DNA from: Tubiluchus corallicola
Lineage: Eukaryota > Animalia > Priapulida
Direction: 5' to 3'
NCBI GenBank assembly: GCA_030141605.1
Contig: JAQGDQ010000006.1
Span: forward strand, 310,001 to 374,000
DNA: 64,000 bases
Shown: positions 23,601 through 36,600 of the stretch, piece after piece
Position numbering within the stretch: position 1 is the first letter of the stretch
Layout: each line of letters begins with the position of its first letter
Program-made: the position numbers and the translations under genes
The notes under the pieces: generated by a model
Told to the model about the DNA's origin: nothing
Databases searched by the model: none
Seen by the model: only the letters and a program-made list of their open reading frames with translations

Positions 23601-26600
23601 ATCGTGGGTGGAGTTTCACTTTGGTCAGTATGAAATTGCAGATAAAATATCACAGGTTCTTTGACAGTTGCAAAAAGAAGGACACGTCCATTTGGACTCC
23701 AACATGCTGCCTACAAAAAAATTGAGATAAATTCACTACTCGAACAGCAACAAGAGTAGCCAAGTGATTGTGGTGTGTGGAACTACGCTTAGTGACAGAA
23801 GTTAGGTAAAGCCAAACCTGGTCAACAAATGAACGAGTAAGATCCGGGAAAAAACTGCTTCTCGGTTGTTTCATCTGTGTCTGGGCTGTTTGTTACAGAC
23901 ATTTTGACACAGGCAGTTTGGTCAAACAGTTCGACACAAGCGAATTTTGACACGTGTTTATTTATCCATGGTTTTCTTTGGACACATAAAATTTAGACAT
24001 GTGAATTATTGGACATAGGCTAGTTTAGACAAAAAAAACTATTGGGTACCGGTCACTTTTGGTCAATTTGTGGACGAAGGCCATTAGGCACAAAGAATAT
24101 TGGGGCACAGGGGCATGTTGGACACAAGCCCGTCAATGAATATTATTATGATAGTGATAACAGCAACCTCAACAATAACCACAGCGACATAAACAACAAT
24201 AACAATATTCTTTATTTAAAGTCAGAGCTAAATTCAACAGATAACAACAGCCACGAGGCTTTTCTCACCGACTGCAAATAACAGAGATTATTATTACCCC
24301 ATTTTTTCCCAAATTACCATGCAACAAACAGGGCAACAGTAGGTATCATTTTTTAAACTCTTAGATGTGACTCAGATGCAGAATCAAACCCACGGCCTCC
24401 TAAGAGGAAAGCAGGCACCATATCTATTTATGGAGCAATTAAATGCACACCAAGGCATTGAAGTAATGAAACAGATAGGGGGTGTGTGGATACTGGGGAA
24501 TGAAGAATTAAATCATTGCCACTGCACAATGTTTTCAGGTGTTAGTGTTTGTATGGACAGGAAGCCACGCATGTTTCATAAAAATATGACCAGTTTCTCT
24601 ATTCAATAATGTCATTGAAATATATACTGCAATACAAAAATATATCATTTCTGAAAAATTTAACTGTTTAAGATTTGCCAAACATGCATAATTTTACAAG
24701 ATTCTGCATTACACAAAATATCCATGAGTTTATCTCATTTTTTTATAATAATGCAAGCTGTACTTTCACGCTAATTTTAACAGATGCCATTTGCTCCCTT
24801 TCAACACAACACAATACAATAAAAATAAATTAATAAATAAACGAAGGAATTCATTTTTATTCCAAAATAATTATTGTAAATTTTGACCCTATCAGCATAC
24901 TACTTCTAATTTGTCAAACATGATCTGACTTCTATGCACGTAGGTTAGGTTGCATTCAAATCAAGCAAAATCTTGTCATTTAGTTATTTATCCTTGAACA
25001 TTTTACATCCCAAAAATTATAATGCTTTCAGAATTATAACCAGTGATAGCTGCCTGAAATGAACAAACAACCAAACAAACAACATCATAAAATGGCAAAA
25101 ATAAGAGATGCCCTCTGCTTGGCATAATTGAACTGCAGCAATATTACGTTATAGTTGTAGGGATCGACCAATACAAATCCGTGTAAAAAAATAAGTGAAA
25201 AGTCAAGGAAAAAATACAAAGTAAATAATCAATAACAGAAACTGATTAGTGATAACTGGCTAAACATGGGCATTTTCTTTGAATTCGATTCTTAAAATAC
25301 TTGTGAGCTGTTTTGGATTCTGAATTAGTTTATTTATAAATCTTATATAACATTTACTTTTATATGCTTGTAATTTTTACTGTGAAGTAAGGGAAACAAG
25401 CACATTGATGGCATCTCAGAAATTATTATATGTATACCCTTACTGCTTTCTATAACATTTATGCATGCCATGATATTTTTGCTGAAGCTTGCATTATGTA
25501 AGAAAGTACTGTGTCGAATCATGCATAATACAAAAGTAGTTGTGCTCAATATGCTGTGTCCCAAAATGTACATGAGTACAAAAATAAATGTGTCCAATGT
25601 GCCATATGTCTAAATGTCCATATGCTAAAAAGTTTATGGCGAAAAGTAGCTGTGCCAAAAATTTTATGTCAAAAAACCTAACATGGTCTCATCTTGATGC
25701 TGCCTGGGGTTGCAATCAATCTAAATGTGGCTAAGACATCTCTGCTGGTCCACTGTCTCATTATATTGTTCTCAGAAGATTATACTTGACAAAAGATAAT
25801 TCTGGTCCCGTCACAGCCATCTCCCATCGAGTGCAGAATCCCGGCTTTCAGTACACAAAACTGTATAAAAACTAGGTTATTTGCTCCATGTCAGACAACA
25901 AAAAAGAAGATCCAGCCTTAATCTACATTGTGTTTAACCGTAAGGACTGGACCCCTTAAAAGAAATGAAATAAGATTTACTCAGATAATTCATCAGGTTT
26001 AAAACGTGAGACAAACAACAGAGACCATATTCTAATGCAAGGGCCATAGTCTGCTACTAGACAAACAACGGGCACAACATTGTACAATACAAAAACTGCA
26101 TTCGATTATTAGGCAAAACAGCCCTTCAACAACACATCATGACGTATTGATCTATAAGTGGGCTAGCAATCTCTCTCTGCACACACGCGTGGCATTTAAA
26201 TCTTAGTCAAGCAGGCAAGAAAAACAGTAAATTTGAAAATGCATACTTGACATCGACCTGGCAGCTTATACTTGTCACATGTCCACCTGTATGTCTCCCA
26301 TATCCTACAAACAAATGCAGAAAATTCAAAGTCAAATTTTGGGCCTTTATACAATTACATAAATACAAAACTGTAGTTCTGTAAGTGAACATGATTATCT
26401 CAAAGTAACATAAAGATTTATCAAAGCAATAGCAAAATAAGTTTGGGCCGTCTACTCTACTGCTGCTGTTGTTGGCCAGTTGTCAGCATTATATATTTGT
26501 GGTAATTATGTAGAGCGTAGCAGTAGCTTGCACTGACTTCACTGTAAAAAATCATTTCAATTAAGTCATTTGCAATGAAATACCTGCAAATAATTTGACA

Positions 26601-29600
26601 GAATTACCCATTATGATTACCTAAACATTGATGATGGTGTAGTAGCAAACAGTTTTATTTTATCCATGCTCCAATGTACAGATGCTATGCCTCCTCCACC
26701 TACCCTACGAAGAGGTACTCCAATTTCTTTTGACACATCCCATATCTACGTAAAATATATTATACTTTAAGCACCAAAAATTATACGAATAACCTCTCAG
26801 ATTATAGTCAAACTTCATTATACTGCCTCCATTGTACCACCAAACTTGTTTACCTCCAGCAAAATGGTCAAGACCAAAATAGCTGTACTCAACAAAATGT
26901 ATATAAAAATAACCTGTTATACCGCCTCCCATGACCTGTCACTTGCCAGGCAAATTAATATATATGTACAATGAGGAAATACCGCCAGCAGTTTCTCGAT
27001 ACGATGCCAGCTGTACGACACTACTATACCAAACGGCTCCGCTGAGTCAGTGACACTCGCCAGACGTCACTTGTTGAACAAAATGATGCATCTTATGATG
27101 GTTTACAAGTTGTACCATACATTGTACAACCACAGTAATATTACTGTGAATGTGGCAAGCAGTTGTAATGACAAGTGACACGAAAACACATGGATCTCTT
27201 TTGCCAGCAAGATGCGTGATATTTGCTTGTTTTCTAAGAATGATCCAACCAAACTGCCACAAAAAATTTGTAGTTATGACTTAACCTTTTTACATACGTA
27301 AACAGATTTTTTTACTTAAATATGTTTAGTGAAGCAGTGGGCCTATAGTTTATTATATAGTACAAGATACATTTACTATGTAAACAAAAAATTCATAACA
27401 AACACGATTGATTTTGAGTGAATCATTAATTTATAAACAATTGATTTAATAATTTCCCTTTAATTCTTTAACCCTAAGAGTGAAAATCAAAGACTCTAGC
27501 CCGTGCAGAATTGTTTGACTGTTTTGTGATTTCTCTATGGCAAAATTTAACACATCTTGTTATAACGCCTGTTACAACTTTTTTCTGGTTCCAAAGCGGG
27601 CAGTATAAAGAGTTTTGACAACAGCAAAAATTTAATGTAAAATGTTATAAAAATTTACATTTGTATTAATAACAACCAAATGAAGAAAAACAAGCAAATT
27701 TTCTGCTATTAACTACATGCGTTAGAACACTCATCAATAACATTTAAGCAATATAAAAAATAAATTACAACTAAATTAATAAAAGTGTTTATCATCTAAC
27801 TTTATTCTATACTTCTTCGCTAAGGGCTCTTCTTCGTTGTTTACAAGATATTTAGTCATTTATGTATACTTACAATCATAGATATGTCAGCAGCTGAAGC
27901 TGAAACAAGGAGTGTACCTTCAGGGTGCCAATCTATGCCAGTGACAGGTCCGTGACCAGACTGTTGCAGAACTTGTGCACAGCTAGAAGATGGTCTGTAA
28001 AATCAAAACCATCAATTAAAGTTATACGCAAGGATGCAATACAAGGTTAAAAGCTTACGAAAGAGATAAAGTTTCACCTTAACAAAGCAAAAAAATGTAA
28101 TTCATAGGCATTATTATTTTAATACAACCAAACATAAAGAATGAAGTGTCCTAAAATCTATAATCAAGAAAAAATCCAACAAAAAGTGTCAATCACAACT
28201 TATGTCATTGTATGACAAAAAATACTAACAAGTGTTCTTAATTTATTTAATTTGTAACAAAATACTGTGAGTACAATACTAATTAACGGTACCTGGTTGA
28301 TAAGGATAATGGATCAATAGTCCAAATTAAAATGCAGTTTTGACATCCGATAGCCAATACAGACCCAGAATGAGGCCTACAAAAAATTAACTTGGTAAGC
28401 AGGTTCATGTGAAATAATATGGACCTACTCTAATTGCTGAGAACAGGCATGCAATACTTTCAAACTGCTAGTAAACTTGGACATAAAGATGGGAAATGGC
28501 ATAATATCAAAAATTAACAATTACATCATTCTACAAGTAAACTGTTAAATACTAACAAGACGTGATAAACTGCTAGTAAACTTGGACAAAAGAATGGGAA
28601 ATGACATAATATTAAAAATTAACAATTACATCACTCTATAAGTAAACTGTTAAATACTAGCAAGACATAAAATATTTAATATTTTTAAATATAATCTACA
28701 ACAGTAAAGCTTTTACTACTCACTTCCAAGCCAAACTTGTGATTCCTTTCTGAAAGCGGTGCTTTAGAACAGGCACAACACCAGAAGGAATTGTCTGGAT
28801 CCTTACTGAATCATCTCTGTAAGCAAGAGCAAACTTTCTAGTATGCGGATGCCATGCAAATGCTCTGATCAGACTGCTGTGCCAGTCCATTGTGGAAGTG
28901 AAATCTGTTACCATCTGCTCGTCTGAAAGCTACATTATCAAGATTTTAGAAACGTTTATTCTACCACAATCTTACTAAATTAGACATTTATGAAGGATCA
29001 TATACTTTGTGTATGCAAGACCTCAGCCTCTTGTCTAATAAGAAGTTCAACTTCTTATCAAACACATACACAACAAAATGATTGGATAATGCAGTGAATG
29101 GTGATGTTATACGATCTTGTCATTGCTAGGCTTCCATTTATAAATTGTAAATTTGTAAATTTAGAATTATTTATCATCTGTTTAGCACAATAGTACAATA
29201 CACAAAATATCATAGGACTGATAATGCATTGTAATGCTACGAGCATAGAGCAAAATCAGTGGCAATTCTGTGTCTAGTAACGATTTCTGGGAGAAATACA
29301 ATTTCTCACTTTCATTTAATCTCATTGTCATAACATGTCAACACTAAAACACTGAAAAGGCTGCTCTTGCTTTTTACTTACAGTTGCATTCTTTAACTGC
29401 TGCAAACCAGAAAAGCTATACGATTTCATCCACTTGTGCTATACTAGCATTATTTCATTATTTCTCCTATACAGTTTTACAATATTAACATTTTTAGACA
29501 ACACGAAAATTGTAAATGCTTCTAATTACTTACTGTTAGATGGTGATACAAAGACCCATGGAATGAACTAGGCCATCTAACAATGGCCAACATTAATTTT

Positions 29601-31813
29601 GATACAAAACATAACCAATAATGATCTGAAATACAAAAAAATATCATACAGCGTTGATGAACAATGAAAACACGGTAAATCATTATAACCTACAAAAGGG
29701 CAAAAAGCAATAAAGCAATTTATAATTTTATAAAATACACGGTATGTTAAATGCTGTTACAATAGTACAGTACTTTTTATTCCTTTTAAATTATTTATTT
29801 ACTAGATTAAAAATTTATTATGAACATGCTGTCATTCCTGTGCAATACGTGTTGAATTGCACTCTAATACACTATTGTAAAAGAAAAACTAAAATGAAAT
29901 TTACTTGAGCAACCTATGATATGTATCACGTTCATATGCTGAAGCAACGAGTATACTAGTGATTTAAAGGGGAAGAAACAGAGACTTTTACAGCATATCC
30001 CAAAAAAACTTTCCATACAAAGTTATATCACTTACCATTACACACACCTGTTTGAAAGACTTATGTTAAGTTATGTGACCAAAAAAAAAATTCTTAATAA
30101 TTTAAAGTGTTCATGCCAACGGGTAAAACTCCACTGTATCACCATTCTAGTATGCGCCACAGTCTCACCAAAAAACACATTATTGATCTTATTTACAACA
30201 GAAAGTAATTTATACTCTTGCTTAGTTAGTGAAGTGTGTTACGAATGCTCTAATTGTTACAAATGGTTGCACCTGACAGTCACTGTGGAAGTTAACTTAC
30301 AATTTTTACACAGTAGTTACAGCCAACACAAGCTCTGCATGCAATAAGACGGCACATAAGTGATGCAAAATTTAGAGACTAAATTTTTTAGGCTTTATTA
30401 ATGAAGAGAGTTTTTTCTTTAACACAGAACTGATTTCTCTGAATAAGCATCATTACCAAATCTCGCAATTGCACTACATTCACGAATATGGCTTATTAGT
30501 ACCTTCTAAAGAACAGTTAATCACTGTTAGCTATAAAAGCAACCACTTTGAATGTTAGTTAGTTTCAGGCAAGCATATAATAGTAAAACTGACCTTTTTC
30601 AAAATTATTGGCAAAAAGTTGAAAAACTCCAACAGTTCCATTTTCACGCCTTTGAAATGCAAAAATAGTCAAGTATAATTACTGACAAAGAACAAGTAAA
30701 AATTATTTTAATGTAAGATTTAAAACACTTGTGTTAATCTATAAAATTGTACCAATTAACAACATCTTGCCTGATCACAATAATCAGTAATGGGAAAGGC
30801 ACAAGGTAGTTCTGACTTCAAAGTTTGCAAAAAAGCAAACATGCTACTACTACACATTCTGTATATGTTATATTACGGTTTTATGTTTTTTTTAGAATTG
30901 CCTTTGAACAATTTAATGTTGCAAATAATTACAAGTCCACAAATTGTGCATTACAAAATGCATACATACCAGGCATTGAGTGTTTTCCTCCACAATGTCT
31001 CTTTGAAGTCTAGAAAAGCTGATTTAGCTGAATGACCTGAACCTGACCCACGAAGCCCATCTTTTGCAACGTTAATGCTTGGATAGTCAACATCCTAAAC
31101 ATTTTAATAATGAATTAATTTTTAATACAATTCATTACATTGCAAACCACAACCCACTATTTAAACAGTATGGCCTACTAAACTTAAATGGCTGTGGCAA
31201 GATGGGAACACGAGTCATTATCAAGGCGATGCCTGCAAAGTCAGACACTGAACTGGCAGATGTGTCTTACCCACTTTCTGTCTAATGAGAGTGCATCCTC
31301 CCAGTAAAAGACAAACAGTCAGAATCATATACATGAAACTTCATAGAACAAGGTTACTTTATAAACAAAGCATCAGCAAGATAAATTATGCTAATGAATT
31401 CAAAATAAAAACCCAACAGAAGAGTCCTCTGGGTCTTTAATTACATCTTCTGTTTTAAAATTTAAATCAAAAAACAAGATTTCTGGTGTTAATTTAAAGC
31501 TTGGTTTACAATAGCCTGATTTCAATATACAGTTTTTATCAAATTTAGCTACCTAAATACAAATTTTGCTTTCACAGTCATGTAGGAAATTTTATCAGTA
31601 CTACTAGCTGCTAATAAATAACTACTCTTTAGCTTTAAGCAACCCTATAATCAAGCAAAAATAAAAAAAACAGCAATAACTAGATCATACCTGTAGCATA
31701 TGTAGACTGGTAAGATCTGAAGAATCAGCGAACACTAAATTACTGTTCAGTTCACAAACTGTAACACATCCCTCAGGAGGTGGAGAGGGAAAATTTGCTA
31801 GACTGCATTGCAT
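20490..31813 (-). CDS. AAAS: Aladin WD40 nucleoporin, spliced gene, about 516 aa, 14 coding exons
   Basis: Exons 31813-31691, 31094-30970, 30649-30594, 29625-29534, 28929-28724, 28376-28293, 27994-27874, 26745-26621, 26304-26247, 23710-23526, 22988-22921, 22822-22735, 21363-21279, 20624-20490 join in frame. N-terminus [15 protein letters not shown], motifs [50 protein letters not shown] match Aladin. Confidence 0.95.
21279..21363 (-). CDS. AAAS: AAAS coding exon 13
   Basis: [28 protein letters not shown]. Confidence 0.92.
22735..22822 (-). CDS. AAAS: AAAS coding exon 12
   Basis: [29 protein letters not shown]. Confidence 0.88.
22921..22988 (-). CDS. AAAS: AAAS coding exon 11
   Basis: [22 protein letters not shown]. 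Confidence 0.93.
23526..23710 (-). CDS. AAAS: AAAS coding exon 10
   Basis: [26 protein letters not shown]...[26 protein letters not shown]. Confidence 0.9.
24310..24425 (-). mobile_element. Degenerate tRNA-derived SINE fragment
   Basis: ggtatcattttttaaactcttagatgtgactcagatgcagaatcaaacccacggcctcc reads as a reversed B-box (GGTTTGATTC) followed by a SINE-like body. Confidence 0.45.
26247..26304 (-). CDS. AAAS: AAAS coding exon 9
   Basis: [19 protein letters not shown]. Confidence 0.9.
26621..26745 (-). CDS. AAAS: AAAS coding exon 8
   Basis: [42 protein letters not shown]. Confidence 0.92.
26806..27619. mobile_element. Tc1/pogo-like non-autonomous element in an AAAS intron
   Basis: Left end agtcaaacttcattatactgcc matches the reverse complement of the right end ggcagtataaagagttttgaca. 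Confidence 0.55.
27874..27994 (-). CDS. AAAS: AAAS coding exon 7
   Basis: [40 protein letters not shown]. Confidence 0.92.
28293..28376 (-). CDS. AAAS: AAAS coding exon 6
   Basis: [28 protein letters not shown]. Confidence 0.92.
28462..28666. repeat. Tandem duplication, two copies of about 100 bp
   Basis: aaactgctagtaaacttggaca...aagtaaactgttaaatacta(a/g)caagac at 28462-28560 and 28567-28666. Confidence 0.9.
28724..28929 (-). CDS. AAAS: AAAS coding exon 5
   Basis: [69 protein letters not shown]. Confidence 0.93.
29534..29625 (-). CDS. AAAS: AAAS coding exon 4
   Basis: [30 protein letters not shown]. Confidence 0.9.
30594..30649 (-). CDS. AAAS: AAAS coding exon 3
   Basis: [18 protein letters not shown]; phases fit both neighbours. 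Confidence 0.8.
30970..31094 (-). CDS. AAAS: AAAS coding exon 2
   Basis: [42 protein letters not shown]. Confidence 0.88.
31691..31813 (-). CDS. AAAS: AAAS coding exon 1
   Basis: [41 protein letters not shown]; donor GTATGA. Confidence 0.9.
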
Positions 31814-32531
31814 TTTCTTCTGCAAAGTAAAATCAATTTTGTTCTTAGAACTGCTCAGAAAATGAGGAGATTTGTGTAAAATGAACTTTTTGGTTAACAG
31901 AGTTTGAAAGATGTTTAATCAGCTTTAATGGCTCCAGAGCTTGGATCAACGTCTCCACAGTTGTAGACACATCTTACTAAGGTAAGTCGGTAACCAACGA
32001 AAATCAATAACCAGTCAGCACTCATTAGCTATACAAAATAAACACCAAAGTATATTGGCTACAAATAATTTCATAAACTTTTCATTTCATTATAAAAAAC
32101 AAATTATACTAAAATTAGAACTATTTCACCTTAAAAAGGGCTTGATAATATTTCTACTGTTGATCAATGACAAACAGTAGTCATAGTCATGCAGAATTTT
32201 CAGAGCAACTTGTATTTTTTCCAGCACAATTATGATCACCATTCATTGAAATTACAATCTAACATTAAACAACCTCAGACAATAATTAATTAAATTACAA
32301 ATACAGAAACTTGCAAATGAACAGCAAGCAGTCAAGTATTCGTGAATTTTTCAGTTTAATGCAAAGCAAATATGATAGCACACGCGTTTGATGTGAAAAC
32401 ATCAAGTTTTGTTAAGTAACTGACATGTTTCAGTTTATTATAAATTATTTGTCCATAACAAAGTGATACTCTAATTAAAACCATGTAAAATTACCATCTA
32501 ACTACAAATGCCTCATAAATAAAATAATTAA

Positions 32532-33110
32532 AGGAAAACCGGATGATTGTGTAGATATTAGTTCAAAATAAAGTATGCTCTAAAATACTGAAAACTACCA
32601 CAGCTTTAAAAAATTTAAAATCAAAGCTTAGATTAAATAATAATTACCTCGAACAGTTATATTTTGTTGAACTTTGAAAGCTACGTGCAGCTTAGAGAAT
32701 CTCTCCTTAGAGAATCCACTAAGACTGGCAATGGCGGCTACTTGTCACATTCGTATGGTCAACAAATGGGCACGGTACCATGATAAGCATGATCAAGAAC
32801 GGCAATGTTTGAGGTATCTGCGACGTCAGTGTAATGTAGAGCTCATTTTCTTGACATCACATCAGCATCTTATAGCAATCTTCGCTTATGCAAATATGCT
32901 TGACGCGCAGGGAAGATGTCTACCACTGCACAACCTGTAGTAAGTTTGTGACGTAAGCAATAGTTGTGTTCGGTTGCTACCAAATAACTTTCCACTTGAG
33001 ATAATTATTCAAATATTAGAAACAACTGTTAACTTTTATAGGCAAGAAAATGTATATTTTGGACAGTACAATAAAATGAGATTGAGTCTCATCAATCATC
33101 CGGTTTTCCA
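32532..33110. mobile_element. TTAA-flanked TIR element (Kolobok-like, non-autonomous)
   Basis: TTAA-aggaaaaccggatgattg ... caatcatccggttttcca-TTAA; 18-bp terminal inverted repeats with one mismatch, plus weaker subterminal inverted similarity. Confidence 0.75.
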
Positions 33111-33874
33111 TTAAAAAGTGAAAGAATAGATTTCATAGAACTACAGTGAATTTTTTTAAACAGAATTAAAATGAACAGAATTGTATTAAATTAATAAAAT
33201 GTTCGTATTTTATTGATAGTGCCTAGGCAAAATTTTTACGATTTCAGTTTTCCCAAGATCTACGTATTGTCGATCTGATACAACCACAAATTTTAGGTAT
33301 ATTGAATATTTTTTAATTGGCCATTCAAAGTTTTGTTGACAATTAACTGTTTTAGTGATTGGTACCGAAATTTACTGTAGGCACGCTTTCAATAGTCTCA
33401 ACTGTCTGATTTATGCAGGGTTGGGTGCACTTGCTATATAAGTGATTCTTGGCAATTGCTCATGCATTACTACTTGTCATTCAAAAAAACCTAACCTAAA
33501 ACAATCACAAGATGGTAACTTTGATGCGATTCCTGTATTATCCCACAGTCTGCTGTTCTGCTACATCTGACACTTTCTTCAGTTATAATTTAGAGACATA
33601 AGTTTCAGATAATGTTAACTACATGTTTTCTAATGGCCATTTCAAGTTTCGGTGACACTTGATCAAAGTTGAATTTTTCAGTGATGGACAAAACTGGACT
33701 TCTTCTTCTTCTTTCTGATAATGCATTAACTTCCTCATATTGAAGGCTCCATCCAACACAAGGCTCCCAATTTATGAATGTCATGCTTGCCTGAAACTTC
33801 ATTCCAGTAAAAATAAAAAATAGTTTGCAGAGCATAATAAGAGGTAGAAATATCCCCAATCAATGTGGTGGAAT

Positions 33875-34150
33875 ACCTTAATCCAGTTTTAGATCGAGGG
33901 TATGGCATTCCCGGACAGGTTGAGAGTGCCAAGCTGGACTGTTGACTCTGGTAGGTGGTTCCATTCCCTTGTGGTGCGTGGGGAAAAAGAGTGAAGGTGA
34001 TAATTGAAAGAATATGGCACGTTGTATGAAAATGAATTCTCCGAACGTGAAGAAATTGTGTAACATTTTGGCTGGAGAGGCATGTCTACAGCTACCAGGT
34101 GGCTGTGGATTTTCTAGAACATTACGAGCCTAGCCATCCTGCGTTACTCA
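33875..34150 (-). mobile_element. LINE ORF2 3' fragment (L2/CR1 group)
   Basis: YHLHSFSPRTTREWNHLPESTV resembles the conserved SFFPRT..WN.LP tail of CR1/L2-group ORF2. Confidence 0.65.
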
Positions 34151-34844
34151 ACTAGTGGGCATCAGTTTACCCATAGTGGTTACAATACATGAGTTCCTAA
34201 CTTATCCAGAAAGGACGATAAATTAATACTGAAGCGGGTAGAAAAATGTTATTCCGATGAAACCTGAGAGAATTAGGAAACAAACGCCAATGTTTTAGAG
34301 AACAAAGCAAATCACTTTCCAAGTTCCGACTTAATTAAGTAAGTTAATATACCTAGCTATAGACATAATTTATAGCTACATGAACGCTTTGAAGTTCGGC
34401 TGCTTAAAGTAGTTAGCAAAGCAGAAGCAAACGATTACTTTTAGCTTCGAAAATTGAGCTTCCTTCTAATTTTATGATTCGTGCAAAAGAGAATACGCGA
34501 AATTGGCGCGAATGTGTAGTGTGTAATAAACGTTCAACACAGGCAATGCGGGAGTTCTGCTCTATGTCGGTAGGTGATCATTGGTGTATCTACGACTACA
34601 TAACTTTAGTGCATGTGAAATAATCATTTCACTTTATTCAGCAATTTCGCTTATGTGTGGTACTTCTAATTCAGTTGAGGCTCTGGGGGTAGCCAAATGA
34701 TTATTGTGTGTGCTTAGCAACACTGCAGACAGTCAGAAAATGGACCATTAACTGCAGGGTTAAATACTCTCTCTGCTGTGTTTGGGGTAAGAATTCTATG
34801 GGGGTAATTATTTTAATTATTTTTCACACTGGAAACCCGTAATC

Positions 34845-35730
34845 TAGCCCGCAGGGTAGAATATTGGAACCATGTTTTTGTTTTATTTATTAATGATTTA
34901 CCTGAAGTTCTCGATCCTCATACTTGTAAACTATAATTATGCTGATGATTTTCAAATGTATGCTTCATGTACCGACCATTTATTATTATCGACCAATTAA
35001 CAGACTGGTCCTACAAACGGCAACTTAATATATAATTGCACACAAGTGCACTATGCTTCATTTTAGATTTGGCAATCCTAATTTTCGGTATTTTCTTTAT
35101 GGCACCTCTCTTATCCATAGTAACGAATGTACTGACTTGAGTGTTGCAGTATCATCCGTTTTAAATGCTCGACACATTGTAAACCATAGTTTCTAATTCG
35201 TATGGTAAATATGACTTTTTGGTGTTTTTACACTAAAAACAAAAAAGCAAAAATGCTCCTTGTAAAGTTTATGTGTATCCCTTGTTAGAGTACTGCTCAC
35301 TAGTGTGGTTCCCGCACCATATGCAAGATATTGACAGCACTGAAAAGGTCCAGAGATATTATTCTCGAAGGCAGTACCAACGATGTCAGTTTAATTATGT
35401 CTCTTATTTAGACAGACTGTCGGAACTAGAATTGCAGCCACTCGAATTACGACGTTTTGGCTATGATCTTAAGAAGGTATGCAAAATTTGTCATAAAATG
35501 GTTAGTTTAAATTTTGATGTTTTTTCCAGTATGCTTTAACCAAGCACTTGCGTGGTCACAACTTTAAACTGTTTACGTCTTTTTGAGATTAAGCCCTCAA
35601 AATTTTCGTTTGTTAACACAGCTGTAAACATTTGGAATGCTCGGGGTTCACATGTGGTTCTTGCTACTAGTTTAGCTAATGTTAATTTATTGCCCTATTG
35701 CAACTTTATCCGAAACATGTAACATTGTCA
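34845..35730 (+). pseudogene. Decayed CR1/L2-clade LINE reverse transcriptase
   Basis: Frameshifted motifs in order: PQG.IL.P, INDLP, YADD, LEYCSLVWFPH, EKVQR, SYLDRLSELELQPLELRR, LRGHNFKL, VNIWN. Confidence 0.85.
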
Positions 35731-35999
35731 TTGGCGTAATTGGTTCTCTCCAAATCGTATTATTGCATCAATCGTGTGGTATATTGTATAAAATTCATAT
35801 TTACTTACATTTTGTTAGAAGCCTTTTAATGAGAGATATTCATTTTTAGGGTATTGTTGTTATAGATTTTATTTTGTGCATAATTTTTTGTTTTATAAGA
35901 TCAACGTAAGTGCGTTTGCACCCGTTTGTACCTGATGATTCTTTCTTTTACAGAATTTTAATATATGTATAAATGTCAATAAAAAAAAACTTTGTATCC

Positions 36000-36340
36000 A
36001 CTCTTTATTTGTTTGTTTGGTTGATTATTTCTTGTCTGTTATATTAGCTGGCAGTAATCCTATTACGCAAAGACTACCTCTAAGGTTTTTGGTGATGAGA
36101 TAATTTCCACGAAACGTTGTGGCGAAGGTGGTATGGAACGAAAGAGGTGCATTTTGACACAGATTCCTGGACAAGGGGAGGGTGTTGATAACTGCCAAAG
36201 TCGACGTTTTTTCGACCGTTTCGTTTTTTTCACAAAACTTGACTGAACACAACGTACAAAAAGCATTCCCGAATCATTTCGTGGAGATCTTAGAGAGAGA
36301 GAGAGTGTGTGATAGCTCTTTGGAAAAAGCTAGTATTTTT
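36000..36340 (+). repeat. Interspersed repeat, inverted homologue of 43330-43650
   Basis: (GTTT)n then tcttgtctgttat..ggcagtaatcctattacgcaaa..aatttccacgaaac is the reverse complement of the 43.3-43.6 kb copy; Helitron/HINE-like organisation. Boundaries approximate. Confidence 0.65.
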
Positions 36341-36417
36341 CTAGTCCTTGTAGCACTTACGCAGATATATTTTGTATTGTTTACTTGTTTATCTTTGTCC
36401 TATTTTTTCCATGGAAA

Positions 36418-36600
36418 TAATCAGACGGGTTGTTTAGGATTTTTCGACCTTGGTGGAGACCTGCTTCCTACTCAGTGTATTCTAGTTTTACTATAGAAAT
36501 TATTTGCATCAAACTAAAATGTTTGCCATTTTTCTTACTTTTCCATTTTTGCTATTCTATCCCGTGCCATTTTTACCTTCATTCACCTGTAGCATTTGCT
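36418..36600 (+). repeat. Interspersed repeat, direct homologue of 44029-44190
   Basis: Both copies share aatcagacg..tgtttaggatttttcgaccttgg..ctgcttc..tattctagtttt..tatagaaattatttgcatcaaa. Confidence 0.8.

Noticed and set aside
23818-23874. AG/GT-bounded segments as extra AAAS exons (also about 25786-25860)
   Set aside because: They do not fit the reading phase at this position and show no Aladin similarity; the gene is complete without them.
23890-24130. Short degenerate gacac/gacat repeats as a CRISPR-like array (similar tracts near 25480-25690 and 43720-43960)
   Set aside because: Eukaryotic intron; units are only 6-10 nt with irregular spacing, as in transposon subterminal repeats.
26705-26932. 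[12 protein letters not shown]... as a duplicated AAAS exon
   Set aside because: It lies largely inside a TIR element (26806-27619), overlaps the real exon out of frame, and resembles Aladin only in the GGG.
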